A DNA stretch of 56,467 nt from assembly GCA_020632445.1 (NCBI GenBank), contig JACKFN010000006.1:1-56467 (forward strand), written 5' to 3'. Positions 56,271 to 56,467 of this stretch are shown here, piece by piece. A program made the translations under genes and the position numbers. The stretch's first letter is position 1. The number at the start of each line of letters is the position of its first letter. The notes under the pieces are model-generated. The model saw only the letters and a program-made list of their open reading frames with translations, made no database searches and was not told where the DNA came from. Source of the DNA: Candidatus Nomurabacteria bacterium. Lineage in GTDB: Bacteria > Patescibacteriota > Patescibacteriia > Magasanikbacterales > UBA922.

Positions 56271-56292
56271 ACGAGGCTCTGGCCTCGTTTTT
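56271..56292. terminator. intrinsic terminator between convergent genes
   Basis: acgaggc-tctg-gcctcgt followed by ttttt. Confidence 0.7.
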
Positions 56293-56305
56293 ACTTTTTT
56301 CACTC

Positions 56306-56467
56306 CTACACATCCTTCGTCCTCGTCAAAACCCCATCAATTCTCTTATATTCCCGATTTTTGTTTTTCTCTACCTTTTTTAGCAGTTCTTCCTCCAAAT
56401 TTACTCCGACAATTTCCGAAAGACCAAGCAAATAAATCACCACATCAGCAATCTCTTCTCCGAGCGT
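56306..56467 (-). CDS. MazG-like nucleotide pyrophosphohydrolase, C-terminal fragment (5' end outside the window)
   Basis: My own translation of the minus strand gives TLGEEIADVVIYLLGLSEIVGVNLEEELLKKVEKNKNREYKRIDGVLTRTKDV*. EEIADVVIYLL is MazG-like. This ORF is not in the track because it is short and partial. Confidence 0.55.
   Translation of the reverse strand, partial: TLGEEIADVVIYLLGLSEIVGVNLEEELLKKVEKNKNREYKRIDGVLTRTKDV

Overview
The window is a gene-dense, low-GC bacterial chromosome segment, roughly 40% G+C by eye. Intergenic DNA is nearer 27% (hand count of 961-1020 is 16/60). I call about 55 CDS. Almost all lie on the minus strand from 0.2 to 50.9 kb, and on the plus strand from 51.9 kb onward.

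All product calls rest on motifs I recognise in the translated ORFs; no database search was possible.
- Housekeeping: rsmA, tsaC, prfB, groES/groEL, yidC, nusA, yraN, trpS, RNase J, secG, rpmE, prfA, prmC.
- Pentose-phosphate/redox block: pgl, zwf, gnd, archaeal-type PGI/PMI, transaldolase, glutaredoxin, NDH-2.
- Cell-surface block: a 3244-aa Cys-rich giant protein with a Ca-binding-repeat partner, a 1416-aa secreted multidomain protein, a DUF4015-type hydrolase, an O-antigen-ligase-like protein, a GT39 glycosyltransferase, and an exosortase/archaeosortase-family protein next to a PEF-CTERM-type substrate.

The overall gene content suggests a reduced-genome CPR/Patescibacteria-like organism using the standard genetic code, since both RF1 and RF2 are present. 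This is inference.

The most unusual signal is three short compositional islands at about 1.1-2.0 kb, 36.3-36.6 kb and 51.05-51.73 kb. G+C is about 55-70% in hand-counted 60-nt lines. Each island is a single plus-strand ORF for an exported or membrane protein. Each has a clear Shine-Dalgarno motif, which the native genes mostly lack. Each has its own GC-rich hairpin at or just after the stop codon. Islands 1 and 2 are wired to consensus sigma70-type promoters in native AT-rich DNA.

Two structured small RNAs bounded by a promoter and a terminator (21.7 kb and 26.1 kb) are also unexplained. I also note a CIRCE-like operator, a nusA leader attenuator and a leaderless secG. No CRISPR array, tRNA/rRNA gene, transposase or integrase was seen.
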